A DNA stretch of 48,719 bases, filler included, from Catajapyx aquilonaris (lineage: Eukaryota), in assembly GCA_000934665.2 (NCBI GenBank). It is 3 parts of 3 records of this genome, joined end to end, with 100 filler letters (N's around TTAATTAATTAA, not from the genome) between each part and the next. Parts side by side here need not be neighbours in the genome. Positions count along the whole stretch, not along the records: positions 32,543 to 48,719 come from JYFJ02007271.1; 2 more parts are not named here. One strand, given 5' to 3'. Below are positions 37,501 through 48,601 of this stretch, one piece after another. Both the position numbers and the translations under genes were made by a program. The notes beneath the pieces were generated by a model, which was not told the origin of the DNA, made no database searches, and saw only the letters and a list, made by a program, of their open reading frames with translations. Within the stretch, counting starts at the first letter, position 1. Every line of letters begins with the position of its first letter.

Positions 37501-38153
37501 CTAAGAGGGCCTAGGGCCCTAGCACAGGGTACCATTTTATGAACAACACAAAGTTGTTAGGAGTTTCACTACAGAAACATGATCATTACACGACACAAGG
37601 AACAAAATGTCACATTGATTAATGTGATTGATTAATGATGGTATCCAGCTCTTTCTGCAGATGGGAACACTTCGGTTTCCTGTCAGTTAACACCTGCATG
37701 TCACGGGCAGGGGGGAAATATAGGGTGTGCCTGTCCAATACCGTTTTGTAATCAAAAAAATAAAATGAACTGTCTCGGTCTCTCTCATTGTTGTACACCT
37801 TGGTCGGATGCTATGTGTCCCAATGATTGCTGTGGACGCTGTGGGAAGTCACCGACGCCCCCCCCCCCCCCCNCCCCCCCCCCCCCGACGCCCTTAACGC
37901 GACACCAACGCGTTGTGTCGGGGCGTCGGTGACATTGCCGCTGTCGGGTCGTGGGGTGTCAGGAATCACGCAACAAATACTTGAAATAGCATTGTTTTTT
38001 ATTCACAATAATAGGCACATGCCTTTTAAGGTATAAAGCCGTAAAACGAATAATTTACAAATATGTACAGAACCGTAAATAAATAATGTGTACAAGTCAT
38101 AAGTAAATAAATAAATATCTACTAAATAATGTACAAATATGTGTAATAATTTA

Positions 38154-39540
38154 CAAATTTAAAATGTTTGCAATAGAGTGCAGGGGAGGCCTCGAGCGGT
38201 CCACCGTCACATTACGGTAGTGCCCTATCACCCTAGTTGTCTTCCCATCAACTAGGATGTAACGCTTGTTGTCAAACGCGTTCAGGGCAACTTTCCTACC
38301 TGTGACGGTGTTTACCAGGTGGTTTTTGCTCCTGATGGCCGTCACATTACAGTACTCAGTCAGCTGCTCCTCCAGCACTGCTTAATTATACACTTGGTGA
38401 GTGAGATGGGATCGGCTGCTTCTGCCCACCCCCTTGGCAGTTGCTTTTTGGCTCAGGTCCATCAGTTCCAGGGAGTAGCATTTTGCCCTGAGCCCCACGA
38501 ATTCTTTTATAACCTTCCCGGACAATTCGTCATTGAAAACCCCCGGAACCTTCTTGTTGGTGACGTCATGGAAGGGGTCGTTGGGGGTAGTCGGACAGGT
38601 CATAGAGATTTTTGTGTGTCAGCATGTCCTGGTACACGTCGCTCCCTGTCACGTGCACCAGCAATGAGTCTGTGTCGGAAAAACAAATTTTACACCTGTC
38701 GCCATACAGTTTTTTCAGGTGATTGTAATAAAATTCGTACATAACCCTCTTGCCGGATTCCAATATACAGAAACCCACGGCTATGGGCTTGTCAAGGACC
38801 ACATTAAGCTTCTGTTTTGTGACCAACACCAGTTCCTCGTCCAAAATCTTCATGTTTTTAAAGGAAGACTTATTCACCGCCCTCTTGGCCTTTTTTTTCG
38901 GTGGTAATCAGCTCCATATTGACATAATTCCTAACGGATTGCAGCATCTTTCTGTACAAGCTGTTATTTGCCAATTTAAAAAAAATCTTTTCAAATTCGT
39001 TGGTGGCGGCCTTCCTGAGACTCGAATTGAGGCTGATGTGTGGTTCCAAAACAGGAGCTTGCTCGAATTTCATAATTTTGTGGACCTTGACAATCTCAAG
39101 GCCATGCGCAACATACAATTGGAGGTTCCTGTAATCCACAATGTAATTTTTCTTGCTTTCCATACTGCACCATTCTCCTGGACAACAACAAAGGAAGCCC
39201 AGCAAGGAACGTGCCTTTCCCCCTGGAGTATGCATTCAAGGTCGGCATAAACAACAAAAGGTTTCAATAATTGCCTATGTATGTTTTTGATGGCCATGAC
39301 ACTCTCCCTCGGCATTGATGTACGTTGGGCAGGGAACTGACCGCAAATCTCTTCATGGCTTGTGCATGGTTTGGTAAACCTGTGCAAACAGTACCGGCAG
39401 TAATAGCACTCCGCATGGTGGGTGCCTGGAGTCAGCAGTCGGCTGAGGTCAGTTATCGTAGTGTAATGTTGCCGGCCATGTCTTTACAACAGCAACAAGT
39501 TCACATGGGGGATATTTTTATCTGGCGGATATAGTCTGCT
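38154..39540 (-). mobile_element. Polinton/Maverick (adintovirus-like) protein-primed DNA polymerase B pseudogene with a large internal deletion
   Basis: HVNLLLL..HYTTITDLSRLL..YCRYCLHRF, PFVVYADLE, NYIVDYRNLQLY..GL, FFKLANNSLY.K, KPIAVGFCILE, FSDTDS, GVFNDE..FVGLRAKCYS..KATAKGV, FDNKRY..GHYR; several frameshifts and stops. Confidence 0.9.
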
Positions 39541-40109
39541 TCAAACTGGGTCCATTTTTAAATAAGTGGATATAATAACTGGCATTTTAATTATATGCTT
39601 ATAAATGGATGGTAAAATAATTTGCCAAGTATTAAGCATTCGGGGATCTATTTGCTTGGCAAAAAGGGATATGCGCAATATGCAGCAAGTCTTGCGTATA
39701 TATAGACCTCAATTAATTTAATTATGTGTTTATAAAAACATGTTGAGCCCCGAAATGGGGGACAGAATATTAAACTGATTTTTTGGGTTGGGGGCGGAGT
39801 GCTGGACGCTTGCCTCACCTCCGCCAAGGGTTGGCCTGGCCTGGGTAGGATCGGCCCGCCTCTCCTTCCAGGAGGAGAGGACACAAACCAGACTTTTTCT
39901 TTGCATGGACAAGGCAGCCAATTTTTTATCTCTCTTGCTCAACTTTGACCCTGCCTGTGATGAAAGTCCCTGTCTGTCACAGGGTGAAAGATGTGCAAAC
40001 TGTGACTGGAGTTATGAGACATCGCTTTTCTGGTGCCAGAGGCCCCTTTACCCACTACTGTTGTCAACATAGGAAGGTGCAGGCACAGGCTATTTCCTTG
40101 ACAATAAAT

Positions 40110-40277
40110 ATGCCGTCCGAAGGAGAAACACCCTATCTCCAAAACTAGTAAGGGTGAAGGTCGTGGTACATGCCCTGACCTAATCCCCCCTGGCCAAGAG
40201 CGGATTAGTGCAGGGCATGCACCATGACCTTCACCCTTACTAGTTTGGAGATAGGGTGTTTCTCCATGGAACGGAAG
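40110..40277. mobile_element. 168-bp palindromic MITE with AAAT TSD (Sola1-like target)
   Basis: Near-perfect foldback GGAGAAACACCCTATCTCCAAAACTAGTAAGGGTGAAGGTC; AAAT at 40106-40109 and 40278-40281; empty site in the paralogous 3' region at ~46068. Confidence 0.8.
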
Positions 40278-40413
40278 AAATCCTGGACTCATGTAGAAAT
40301 GTGTCACCACTGTTTAATACAAAGGCTCAATACAAAGGCATGATATTTTCCTCCACGTAACATTTCAAGAACTTTACATGGCCTGAATCTCCCCATACAT
40401 TTTAGGAAAGAGT

Positions 40414-43400
40414 TTAGGTAGCCCTTTCTAGATGGCATTTTCCCAGATGTACATTCATGGTACTCTTATTGCAGAACTTCATATTGCAAAATTTGCAAGA
40501 AAATTGCTTCTCTTTTGAATGTACTTTCATATGCACTTGCAAACCACCTTCTCTTGCAAAACATTTATGGCACACAGGGCAACCAAATGGTTTCTCACCT
40601 GTGTGCAGCAATCTGTGCCTATTCCTATGAGAAGCATGGCTGAAAGTCATTCCACATACCTCACACTCATGAGGTTTTAACCCAAGGTGAACAGATTTCA
40701 TATGAACGGATCGATGGCCTTTAGTGGTGAAGCTAGCACCACACAATTTACAGAAACATTTCAAAATACTTGCTCTTGGACGAACCTTACCATGTGCTGA
40801 ATGGACCAACTGGTGAGAAATCCCTTTTACTGGCCCTTTCTCCCCTTTTTTCTTCCTTCTTTGTCTTGCATTGGTCAGTTCATGCTCACTTGACTGAAGC
40901 CTTTTTGGACGAGCATGTCTTCTAGTAGTACTACTAGAAGACCAAAAATGCTTATCTCTCTTTCCGACAAAAGTGTTGGGTTGTTCTGGCTGAAATTCCT
41001 GAATCACGTCCTCCTGTTCTTCAGCCACTACTGCATGAGACTTGACACACTCTTCCAGGGAAGATGGAATGTTGAAAGTCTTGTTGCAGATGCCACATTG
41101 AAAAAGATCATTGAAGCATGTCTGTGTCATTGGGTCTGAATTCCTCTGAAAGTAAAGTAGGACTGCATCATTATTCCCTAAATGTGCTTGAAAATTTATT
41201 TTGTAATTATTATTATTATTATTATTTTTTTTTATTATTATTATTTTTTTGCATTACCCCATTGGGAGTTACATTTCCTTTAGGGGGGTGGAAATACCTC
41301 CATTTGGGTGGAACCGGTATACTAAGATAGTATTTAGTGTGTTCCAAGGGTAGGTAGGAGGGGATGTGCAAAGTGCGTGTGCAATGTCGTTGATGTGCCG
41401 TTTTGTGAACTCCCCGGGTGGCATATGTGAAAGGATCGCCACCCGAAACGAAGCCAGAGACGGTCTCACTCTGCACGAAAGAAGGTGGGAACCCCGGGTG
41501 GGGATTGAACCCGGGACCTTAACTTCCGTGGGCGCACGCGTTACCGCGGCGCCACTCCGTCTCCCTTATTTTGTAATTTGTAAAGATAGGGCAGTAATAC
41601 AGTACTGTATAGAGGGCAGTATAAGTCTATACGGGTGGAATTTTCATCCCGTTGCTAACGTACTGCTGGCAGATTGCTACTGCTACTCGGTCATTCTCCC
41701 GTCAGTTTTTCCGTATGTTACCTTGATTATCAGGTACTGACAGTGGCTAGCAGAGGAACGGAAATTCCACCCCATGCATTTATTTTACGCTTTATTTTTT
41801 TAAAAAATCCTGGTGAGCTAGTAGACCTGTGGTAGGTGATTATACCACATTCAAGTTTATATTCAAATTGTGAAAATGTGGTGGATTACCCTACATCAAA
41901 ATGGCCGCTGCGTAATACTGCCCAATACTACCTTGGGTTGCCCTTTTCCATATTTTTGAGAACACAATACTGTCATTTTGCTCATTTCTTGGTATCCTCA
42001 TTTACTGTGCTTTGCTCTGTAACACACTTGAAAGAGGATAAGGGCAGACCCAACCTACTGGTCCTGCAGCTCCCTCTGTGACACACTGAGACACTTCACG
42101 ACTAAAGAGATTAGTATTATTGCTTACATCTACGCTTTTCTTATTTCAAAGTATTCCCAAGCTTTGACAATTTATACGTACAGTACTTATTGCCTTTTCT
42201 CAAGCACTTGTGACCTTCCATGTCCAACAGCCCAGGACAAATAGTGAAGAACTGGAGAATACATGAGTACTTGTGCATACCTACAGATAATTTTAGGGGC
42301 GGTAGCCCCTAAGTAAGACCGAATATGCCATTTCAACAACGAACTTTTCCTACTTGTTAGGTTTTTTTTTCATTTGCCCTTTTTTCTGACAATAAACTTC
42401 GGGTGAAAGGTCAAGGTCAATAACAGTGAACTGTCTTCTGGCAAAAAAAATCACAACGGAATAGGGAACCCAGGTAGACATGTGAGCTGTGCTGTCACTG
42501 ACCTATTTTTTGTGCACCCCACTTCTCATGTGATGAGTCACTATAACGTACGACGTACAATATGTCTACCCTTAAAAATTCACGAACAAATGTACAGCCT
42601 TTTGCTATATCACAGCCTTCTGATGTATCACAAAATTCATCACTACAAGGAGTTAATCAGTTCCCATATAGAAAAATGACAGATGACACTCATGATTCCT
42701 TATGTTTCATTATTTGAAATGATCCTTGTACACATATTACTGGACACTGTGGCATACATTTAAGCATAGTCTAAACTAAAGGATACCAACACATTGCTGC
42801 GCACACTTAATTGAAGGTCTCTACTCACATCTTCGTGGTAAGGTCCAACCAATTCCTCTTCTTCAGTTTTGAAACTGTTCACATTATCAGCCTCATTCCA
42901 AGAGCAATTTCCAGTTACATAGCAAGTAACATCAGCATCTCTTACTTCATTTCCTTGCGTCCATAATTCAGTCATCTCGTGGCTCCAACCCTAAGCAAAA
43001 GAAAATTACATCACATCAATGACAACTAGCACCATCATTTAACCCTTATATGATGGGTGTGACATACAAAGGCTGTTCAAAAAGAAACCTAACTTTTTAA
43101 ATAGGGTTACTAAGTGGGCTATATTCAAAACTTCAAACCACTTTGAAATGAAGTCATTTCCGAACCACAGAGGCGATTCAGGACAATGCGACAAGAGCAC
43201 TGCGCGCCATCATGGAAAGTGCATTCCAGGAAGCACTCCGAGAACGGAAGAAAAAATTAAAATTGTCTATCGCCAGTAGAGGGAACTACTTTGAAGGGGA
43301 CAGTGCTTAAAATGTTGCAAATTGAGCAATAGAGTCTGTACAGAAAAAGTTCGGTTTCTTTTTGAACAGCAATCGCATACTGTATGTCACGGCAACTTTG

Positions 43401-45023
43401 AAAAATTCTTCTGGGGAAACTATAGCTTTTTCCCACATGTAACGTGGTTTCTGTGCGGCTTTTTAAAATTTCTCTCACGTAAAAATAATTACGAGTTTTG
43501 GACTACAAAATCTTGCATACATAAACCAGATTAACTTGAATGATATCACCAATGACATCGTCCTTTTGCAGTCGCTGAAAAACACACCCCACACCCCCCC
43601 CCCNCCCCCCCAAAAAAAATGACCTTGGCCGGCAAATTTTGGCACAATAGTTGCCCCTAAACTTCCTCAAGAGATTCCACCCAAAAATTAGTGCTAAATA
43701 TTATTAATGGGTTTTAAAAATAAATTATGTTGGATGGTGCTCAATTAGGGCGAGGCCTGCCATCTGACTTCACACATTCCGATGCAGTTTCCCAATAATC
43801 ACTGATTTTGACCCTTTACGGTGAAAGCATTGTTAAGTGTTGGTGCAAAGATCATCTGTAGGTTCCCAGCATTCATGGTTTATTGGACCAAAAACCAAGT
43901 AATAGCGGAGAGAGCGAGATTAGGCATATGTCAACTGCTGCTTGTGCCACGGCATCGGCGGAAGGCCCAGTTTGCGCTCTGGTTGGGGGGTTCCTCATTC
44001 CTAAGTAGCTCTCAACCTATGCATGCAACTAATCATGTGTAAGTAAACAGCTGTTTGGCTTGGCCAGACGCACAAGCCTACTCCGCCTTGGTCTGAAAAA
44101 GATAGCCCAAATAAAATCCATACATATTCCGCAGTAGCAAGAAACTGCACCCGCGCCACCTCTTGTGCCTTTTAAACATATAAAAGACATGCGTCCTTGG
44201 GACTTACGGACCAAGAGGCATTGCTGGAATCTAGCTTGGACATTTCCTGACTCGGCAAGTCTCCTCCAGTGTGTGGAAGCACAAATACTTGAAATTAGGG
44301 TTAATATTGTTTACAAATCTCAGGGGCATTAATTTCTGCTTGCTTCTATTGTCATATATTAATGTTTGGAAGTTATTTACATACACCTGTGGAAATCACC
44401 TGTGCAAGCTTTCCAAGAGTATGCAATTCCATGATAATCTTGAACATTGAGTTCATAGGGGCTTGCCATAAATCTAAGTTCACACATAAGTGAAAATCTA
44501 GGTTACCTCTGCTTTGACAGTTGCATCAACTGCTTCCTGTACAAGTTCAGGCATATCAGATCTTGAAGCCACTTGATGTGGATGCTGGTCTGGCTCATAA
44601 TCATTCATATTAGCGCCAGAGCCTCTCTCAGGATGTGCTTCTGCAAAAATATACACATTTTGTATACATTTCTCAAGCAACGGTTACTTTTACACGTATT
44701 GCAACCTCGATTGCAACACAATCCAAAGTCTTGTTCTAAAAGCAGTGTGCACCACAATTTTCATCGTAATGCAAGCAGTCGTTGATGCCATAACTGACTA
44801 CCTCATTCCCTCAATTCCGCCCCGCCTTAGTTCCCTCCAGCACAACTTATACCCAACCTGCATCAGTCCTCTTCCTCCCTTCCTCCCTCAGGATGAACCC
44901 TTCTATCCTGGCCATCCTCCTGTCCATCTCTTCAATGGTCCTCTCAATCCTGTCGGTCTGGGAAAGGCTTCGTTCCAGGAGGGACACAATGTGGGGCAGC
45001 AAGGTTCGTGTCTGAGTGGCCAT
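40414..45023 (-). CDS. C2H2 zinc-finger protein copy 2, ~397 aa; exons 45023-44858, 44640-44507, 42990-42829, 41145-40414
   Basis: GT-AG junctions give one open frame (1194 nt): N-terminal helical exon, acidic linker exons, atypical CGIC-x12-C-x3-H finger, then four C2H2 fingers with LKPH/TGEKPF/SKEKQF linkers; splice sites conserved in copy 1. Confidence 0.85.
41209..41565 (-). mobile_element. tRNA-derived SINE, family A, full length with (TAA)n tail
   Basis: Perfect 13-bp TSD TTATTTTGTAATT (41196-41208, 41566-41578); A box TGGCGCCGCGG, B box GGTTCAATCCC. Confidence 0.92.
41633..41776. mobile_element. Small MITE in ZF copy 2 intron 3; homologous left part at 47028-47120 in copy 3
   Basis: GGGTGGAATTTT ... 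GAAATTCCACCCCATG inverted ends. Confidence 0.5.
43043..44300. mobile_element. piggyBac-like non-autonomous element (TTAA TSD) in ZF copy 2 intron 2
   Basis: TTAA|CCCT ... AGGG|TTAA; empty site CATTTAATATTGG in the copy 1 intron (~35380); TIR match beyond CCCT is poor. Confidence 0.7.
43065..43379 (+). mobile_element. Internally deleted mariner element nested in the piggyBac-like element
   Basis: TIRs GCTGTTCAAAAAGAAACC(T/G)AACTTTTT; remnant LYSKLQTTLK*SHFRTTEAIQDNATRALRAIMESAFQEALRERKKKLKLSIASRGNYFEGDSA* matches the mariner transposase C-terminus (G.YFEGD). Confidence 0.85.
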
Positions 45024-45357
45024 GTCTCCCCACCAGTTAGAGTTGGGTCGTGGGGGAAGGGTACGCCCTCTCTGCAGACTAGGAGAAGAGACGAAGTCGG
45101 AACAACAATGGTCGTTGGAGCAGGGGAATGTCAGCTGGAGTCCAGCAACCGCGTGTCAGTGTGTGCCAACGAAATACATGGAATTTTAACGACCGAGTGA
45201 TACACCGCCGAGTGGCAGCACCGTCGCACATTCAAAGTAATTCCCCAAACCATTCCAAAACAATCAGACGCAGCGCCTTGAGTGGCAACAATCCGAATCA
45301 CGGTTTCATACCATGGAACTGGAGGGAAAAGAAAAGGAGTTCAGGTCTCACTGGGCC

Positions 45358-45399
<42 letters not shown>

Positions 45400-45443
45400 T
45401 AATAAATAAATAATAATAAAAATAAAAATAAAATAGTTAATAA
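45358..45443. repeat. (AAT)n microsatellite / A-rich tract
   Basis: About 12 perfect AAT units followed by degenerate A-rich repeats. Confidence 0.9.
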
Positions 45444-46213
45444 TAGTGCTTGGACTTGTCTGACACTAGAAATCAAGCTACCTAGTTGTCCATCGCCGAG
45501 TGTCCAGCATGCAGTGTCCAACAGCTCCAAGAACGTCAGGCTGGAGCCGTCTTAGAGCGATGGTGCGGTGGGGGGATTACGATCCCCTTTTGTTTCCCTT
45601 CCTCCCCTGCAATATGGGCGACATCTATATACCAGAAAAAATTGTAATCGTCGGAGCTTCAAAACTCAGCAAAGGTCATCTCTGTGTGTGTTACCGTTTT
45701 TGAATATTAAAAAATACGCGCCATGATTTATGAAACAACCATCGTACTTGTACTGTGGTACACAATCAAATTATCAAATTATTACTGCAAGAGAACCACA
45801 TCTGGTAGAAAAAAATGGAGAGAGATCTGAAATCAGTGCCTTTGGGTTAGGTTGGGCAGGGATTACTTTAGAAGTTAACTTGTTAAGTAATCCCTGGGTT
45901 TGGTCACTCATCAACATGATCGTTATAGGGCACAACAAGGAACACGACATCATATTGATTATTATGATTGTCATTAATAATTAATTATGGTTTCCTGATC
46001 TCTCCACAGGCGTGGCCAAATGTTGTGAACATGGGAACGGACAGGTAAAGCTAATTTCCTTGACAACAAATCCTGGACGAATGTAGAAGTGTGTTGGCAC
46101 TGTTTATTGTCCAGTCCATGTACAGTACTTCTCTCAATACAAAGGCATGATTTTCCTCCATGCATCACTCTGAAACCCTCAAAAACTGTATGTCATGAAT
46201 CTTCCCCTACATT

Positions 46214-46936
46214 TCAGGAATGAGCTTGGCTAGCATTTTCTAGGTGACAGATTCGCTCATGTTTATATAGGGCAGACCTCTGGCGGAACTTCATATTGCA
46301 AAATTTGCAAGAATATGGTTTTTGTCCTGTGTGTATGTTCAAATGCTCATTCAAGCAATCTTTTGCCCTAAAACGTTTATCGCACACATGACAACTGAGT
46401 GGCTTCTCACCTGTGTGGATCAATTTGTGAGCCTTCAGAGTATGACCCTGACTAAAAGCCTTCTCACATAGATCACACTGATAAGGTTTTAACCGAAGAT
46501 GAACAGCTTTCATATGATCATCTAGAGATTGTTTACTGATGACGATGGCACCACACAATTCGCAGCAAAATTTTGACTTATTCCCTCTTGGATTGACCTT
46601 ACCATGCGCTGAACGGCCCAACTGCAGAGAATTATTTGTTGCAGCACCTTTCTCCACACTTTTCTGGTGTTTTCGTCTTGCATTGGTCATTCTAGTCTGA
46701 CTTATTGTCTGGAAATTCTTCTGCTGAGCAAGTCTTTCACGTGACTTTCCCTTTGGGTCAGAAGTGCACAGTTGTTTTGGATGAGATTCCTGTATCACGT
46801 CCTGCTGTTCTTCATCCACCAATGCATGAGACTTGATGCATTCTTCCATAGAGGATGAACTGGTGAAAGCTGTGTTGCAGATGCCACATTGAAAAAGGTA
46901 TTTGAAGGGTGTCTGCCTTTTTGGATGTGGATTCCT
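46214..46936 (-). CDS. C2H2 zinc-finger protein copy 3, last exon (upstream exons outside window)
   Basis: Acceptor TTTCAG|AGGAAT as in the other copies; open frame RNPHPKRQTPFKYLFQCGICNTAF...; four C2H2 fingers with LKPY/TGEKPL/TGQKPY linkers. Confidence 0.85.
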   Translation of the reverse strand, partial: RNPHPKRQTPFKYLFQCGICNTAFTSSSSMEECIKSHALVDEEQQDVIQESHPKQLCTSDPKGKSRERLAQQKNFQTISQTRMTNARRKHQKSVEKGAATNNSLQLGRSAHGKVNPRGNKSKFCCELCGAIVISKQSLDDHMKAVHLRLKPYQCDLCEKAFSQGHTLKAHKLIHTGEKPLSCHVCDKRFRAKDCLNEHLNIHTGQKPYSCKFCNMKFRQRSALYKHERICHLENASQAHS

Positions 46937-47348
46937 CTGAAAGTAAAGTACTCATAGTTCCCCAGATATACTTGAAAATCTTTGTACTTTGTAAAAATAG
47001 GCCAGTAATAAAATGGTCTATAGTTACCATGGGTGGAATTTTCGCCCTATTGCTAATATACTGCTAAGTGCTAGCAACCTGCTACTGCTAGTCAGGATTC
47101 TCCCTTAGTTTTACCGGAGGCCCTCGAACAGACTTTTGCTTCATAGAAGCTGGCGGAATGGATGTGATGTCATGAAACCTTGATGGTGCCGTACGCATTA
47201 ACTACGCAACAGAGCCCAAAACTAATTGCACATCCCTATATTAGTTTTACGAGTACTATCCGTCTTCCTGGCGACCTACGACTCCTGGTCAACAGAAATC
47301 TGATGAATACACCTGTGAAACCCAAAGAGTTCTGCTATATTATATATA

Positions 47349-47918
47349 CAGGGTGCTCAAAAATTCGCGGAATGTGGGCCAGGTAGCCTGATAGGACTCG
47401 CAAAACTAATATAGGGATGTGGAAGTAGTTTTGGGCTAACTTGCATAGTTTTTGCGTACGACGCCTTTAAGATTTCGGGAGTTTCATGACGTCACATCCA
47501 CCTTGAGGCCCCCATTGCGTCATCATACATGTTGTGGCTGTTGCCATTGGCATTTGGCACTGATTATTGTTGCGAATACTGTCAACTGTGATTGTTGAGA
47601 CATAAACAACGATTTCAGCTTGTATCTGTGGCCAGTCGACACCTCAATTGGCAGACTGAAATCATTGTTTATTTCTCAACAATCACTATTGACAATATTC
47701 GCAACAATAATCAGTGCCAATGGCAACAGACACAGTGACATATATGATGACGCAATGGGGCCTCAAGGCGGATGTGACGTCATAAAACTTCCGAAATCTT
47801 GAAGACGTCGTACGGGAAAACTATGCGAGTTAGCCCAAAACTACTTCCACATCCCTATATTAGTTTGCAAGTCCTATCAGGCTACGTGGCCACTTTCCGC
47901 GAGTTTTTGAGCACCCTG
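47349..47918. mobile_element. Foldback MITE, TA|CAGGGTG...CACCCTG|TA (Tc1/mariner-type ends)
   Basis: Almost wholly palindromic (~265-bp arms); an older diverged arm fragment lies at ~47160-47260. Confidence 0.85.
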
Positions 47919-47922
47919 TATA

Positions 47923-48309
47923 CAGGGTGGTCCAAGTTCAAGTGTCGTTTTCTAACGGCTATTAATAGAAGCGCTTAACCATTGACGATGTGTAAAATGC
48001 CCACTTCGGCGCCATCGGAAATATTAGCTGTGTTTCGTTTGCAGGCTTCCCCCTTGCATTACAGGTCCATCTGGTGCCTTGGGCGTCACCCATTTCACCC
48101 AGGCGCATCTCAGGCAATCTCAGGTCATGTGTGCATCTACCTTTTTCCAGGTCAACCCAGCAGCAGGGTTCATTACATGTGTGCTGCTATTGGCAGCTAA
48201 TATTTTCGATGGCGCCGAAATGGGCCATTTATACGTCGCTGCTGCGTCATCGCAAAATCACTGCTATTAATCGCCGTTATAAAACGACACTTGAACTTGG
48301 ACCACCCTG
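47923..48309. mobile_element. MITE, TA|CAGGGTGGTCCAAGTTCAAGTGTCGTTTT...CACCCTG|TA
   Basis: TIRs of at least 45 bp, extending imperfectly to ~110 bp; TA flanks. Confidence 0.85.
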
Positions 48310-48369
48310 TATATTATTATATTAGAACTCTTTGGTGAAACCAAAGAGTTCTGCTATATTATATATATA

Positions 48370-48601
48370 CCTAGAGGAGGCACTCGGGCTGAAATGTGAG
48401 GCAGGCAACAATGCAGGCAACAATATGACCTCCAACAAGATGGCGGACGCCTGACATTATTGAACTAATTGTCGCCCAGTTGTCATTATTGGTTGTAGTC
48501 CCAGTTGCTAGACAACTGTTAGAACAACAATATTACCTCCAACAAGATGGCGGCTGCCTCAGCCTGTCTAATGGAAAAGGATAGGGGGTACCTCCTCTAG
48601 G
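48370..48601. mobile_element. MITE with CCTAGAGGAGG termini in a TA-rich site
   Basis: TA|CCTAGAGGAGG ... CCTCCTCTAGG|TA; internal duplicated CCTCCAACAAGATGGCGG. Confidence 0.7.

Larger units (their letters stand above)
47323..48334. mobile_element. P-superfamily-like MITE (CAAAGAGTTCT...AGAACTCTTTG) with TA-rich core hosting nested MITEs; a second tandem copy starts at ~48342
   Basis: GTGAAAC(C) on both flanks (47315-47322, 48335-48342); CA..TG ends; superfamily inferred from the GTNNNAC-type target. Confidence 0.6.

Noticed and set aside
47300..47335. Hammerhead ribozyme core (CTGATGA...GAAAC)
   Set aside because: Stem I cannot form and stem II is poor; GAAAC is part of a TSD. CTGATGAGTCGC at ~29530 also lacks the GAAA partner
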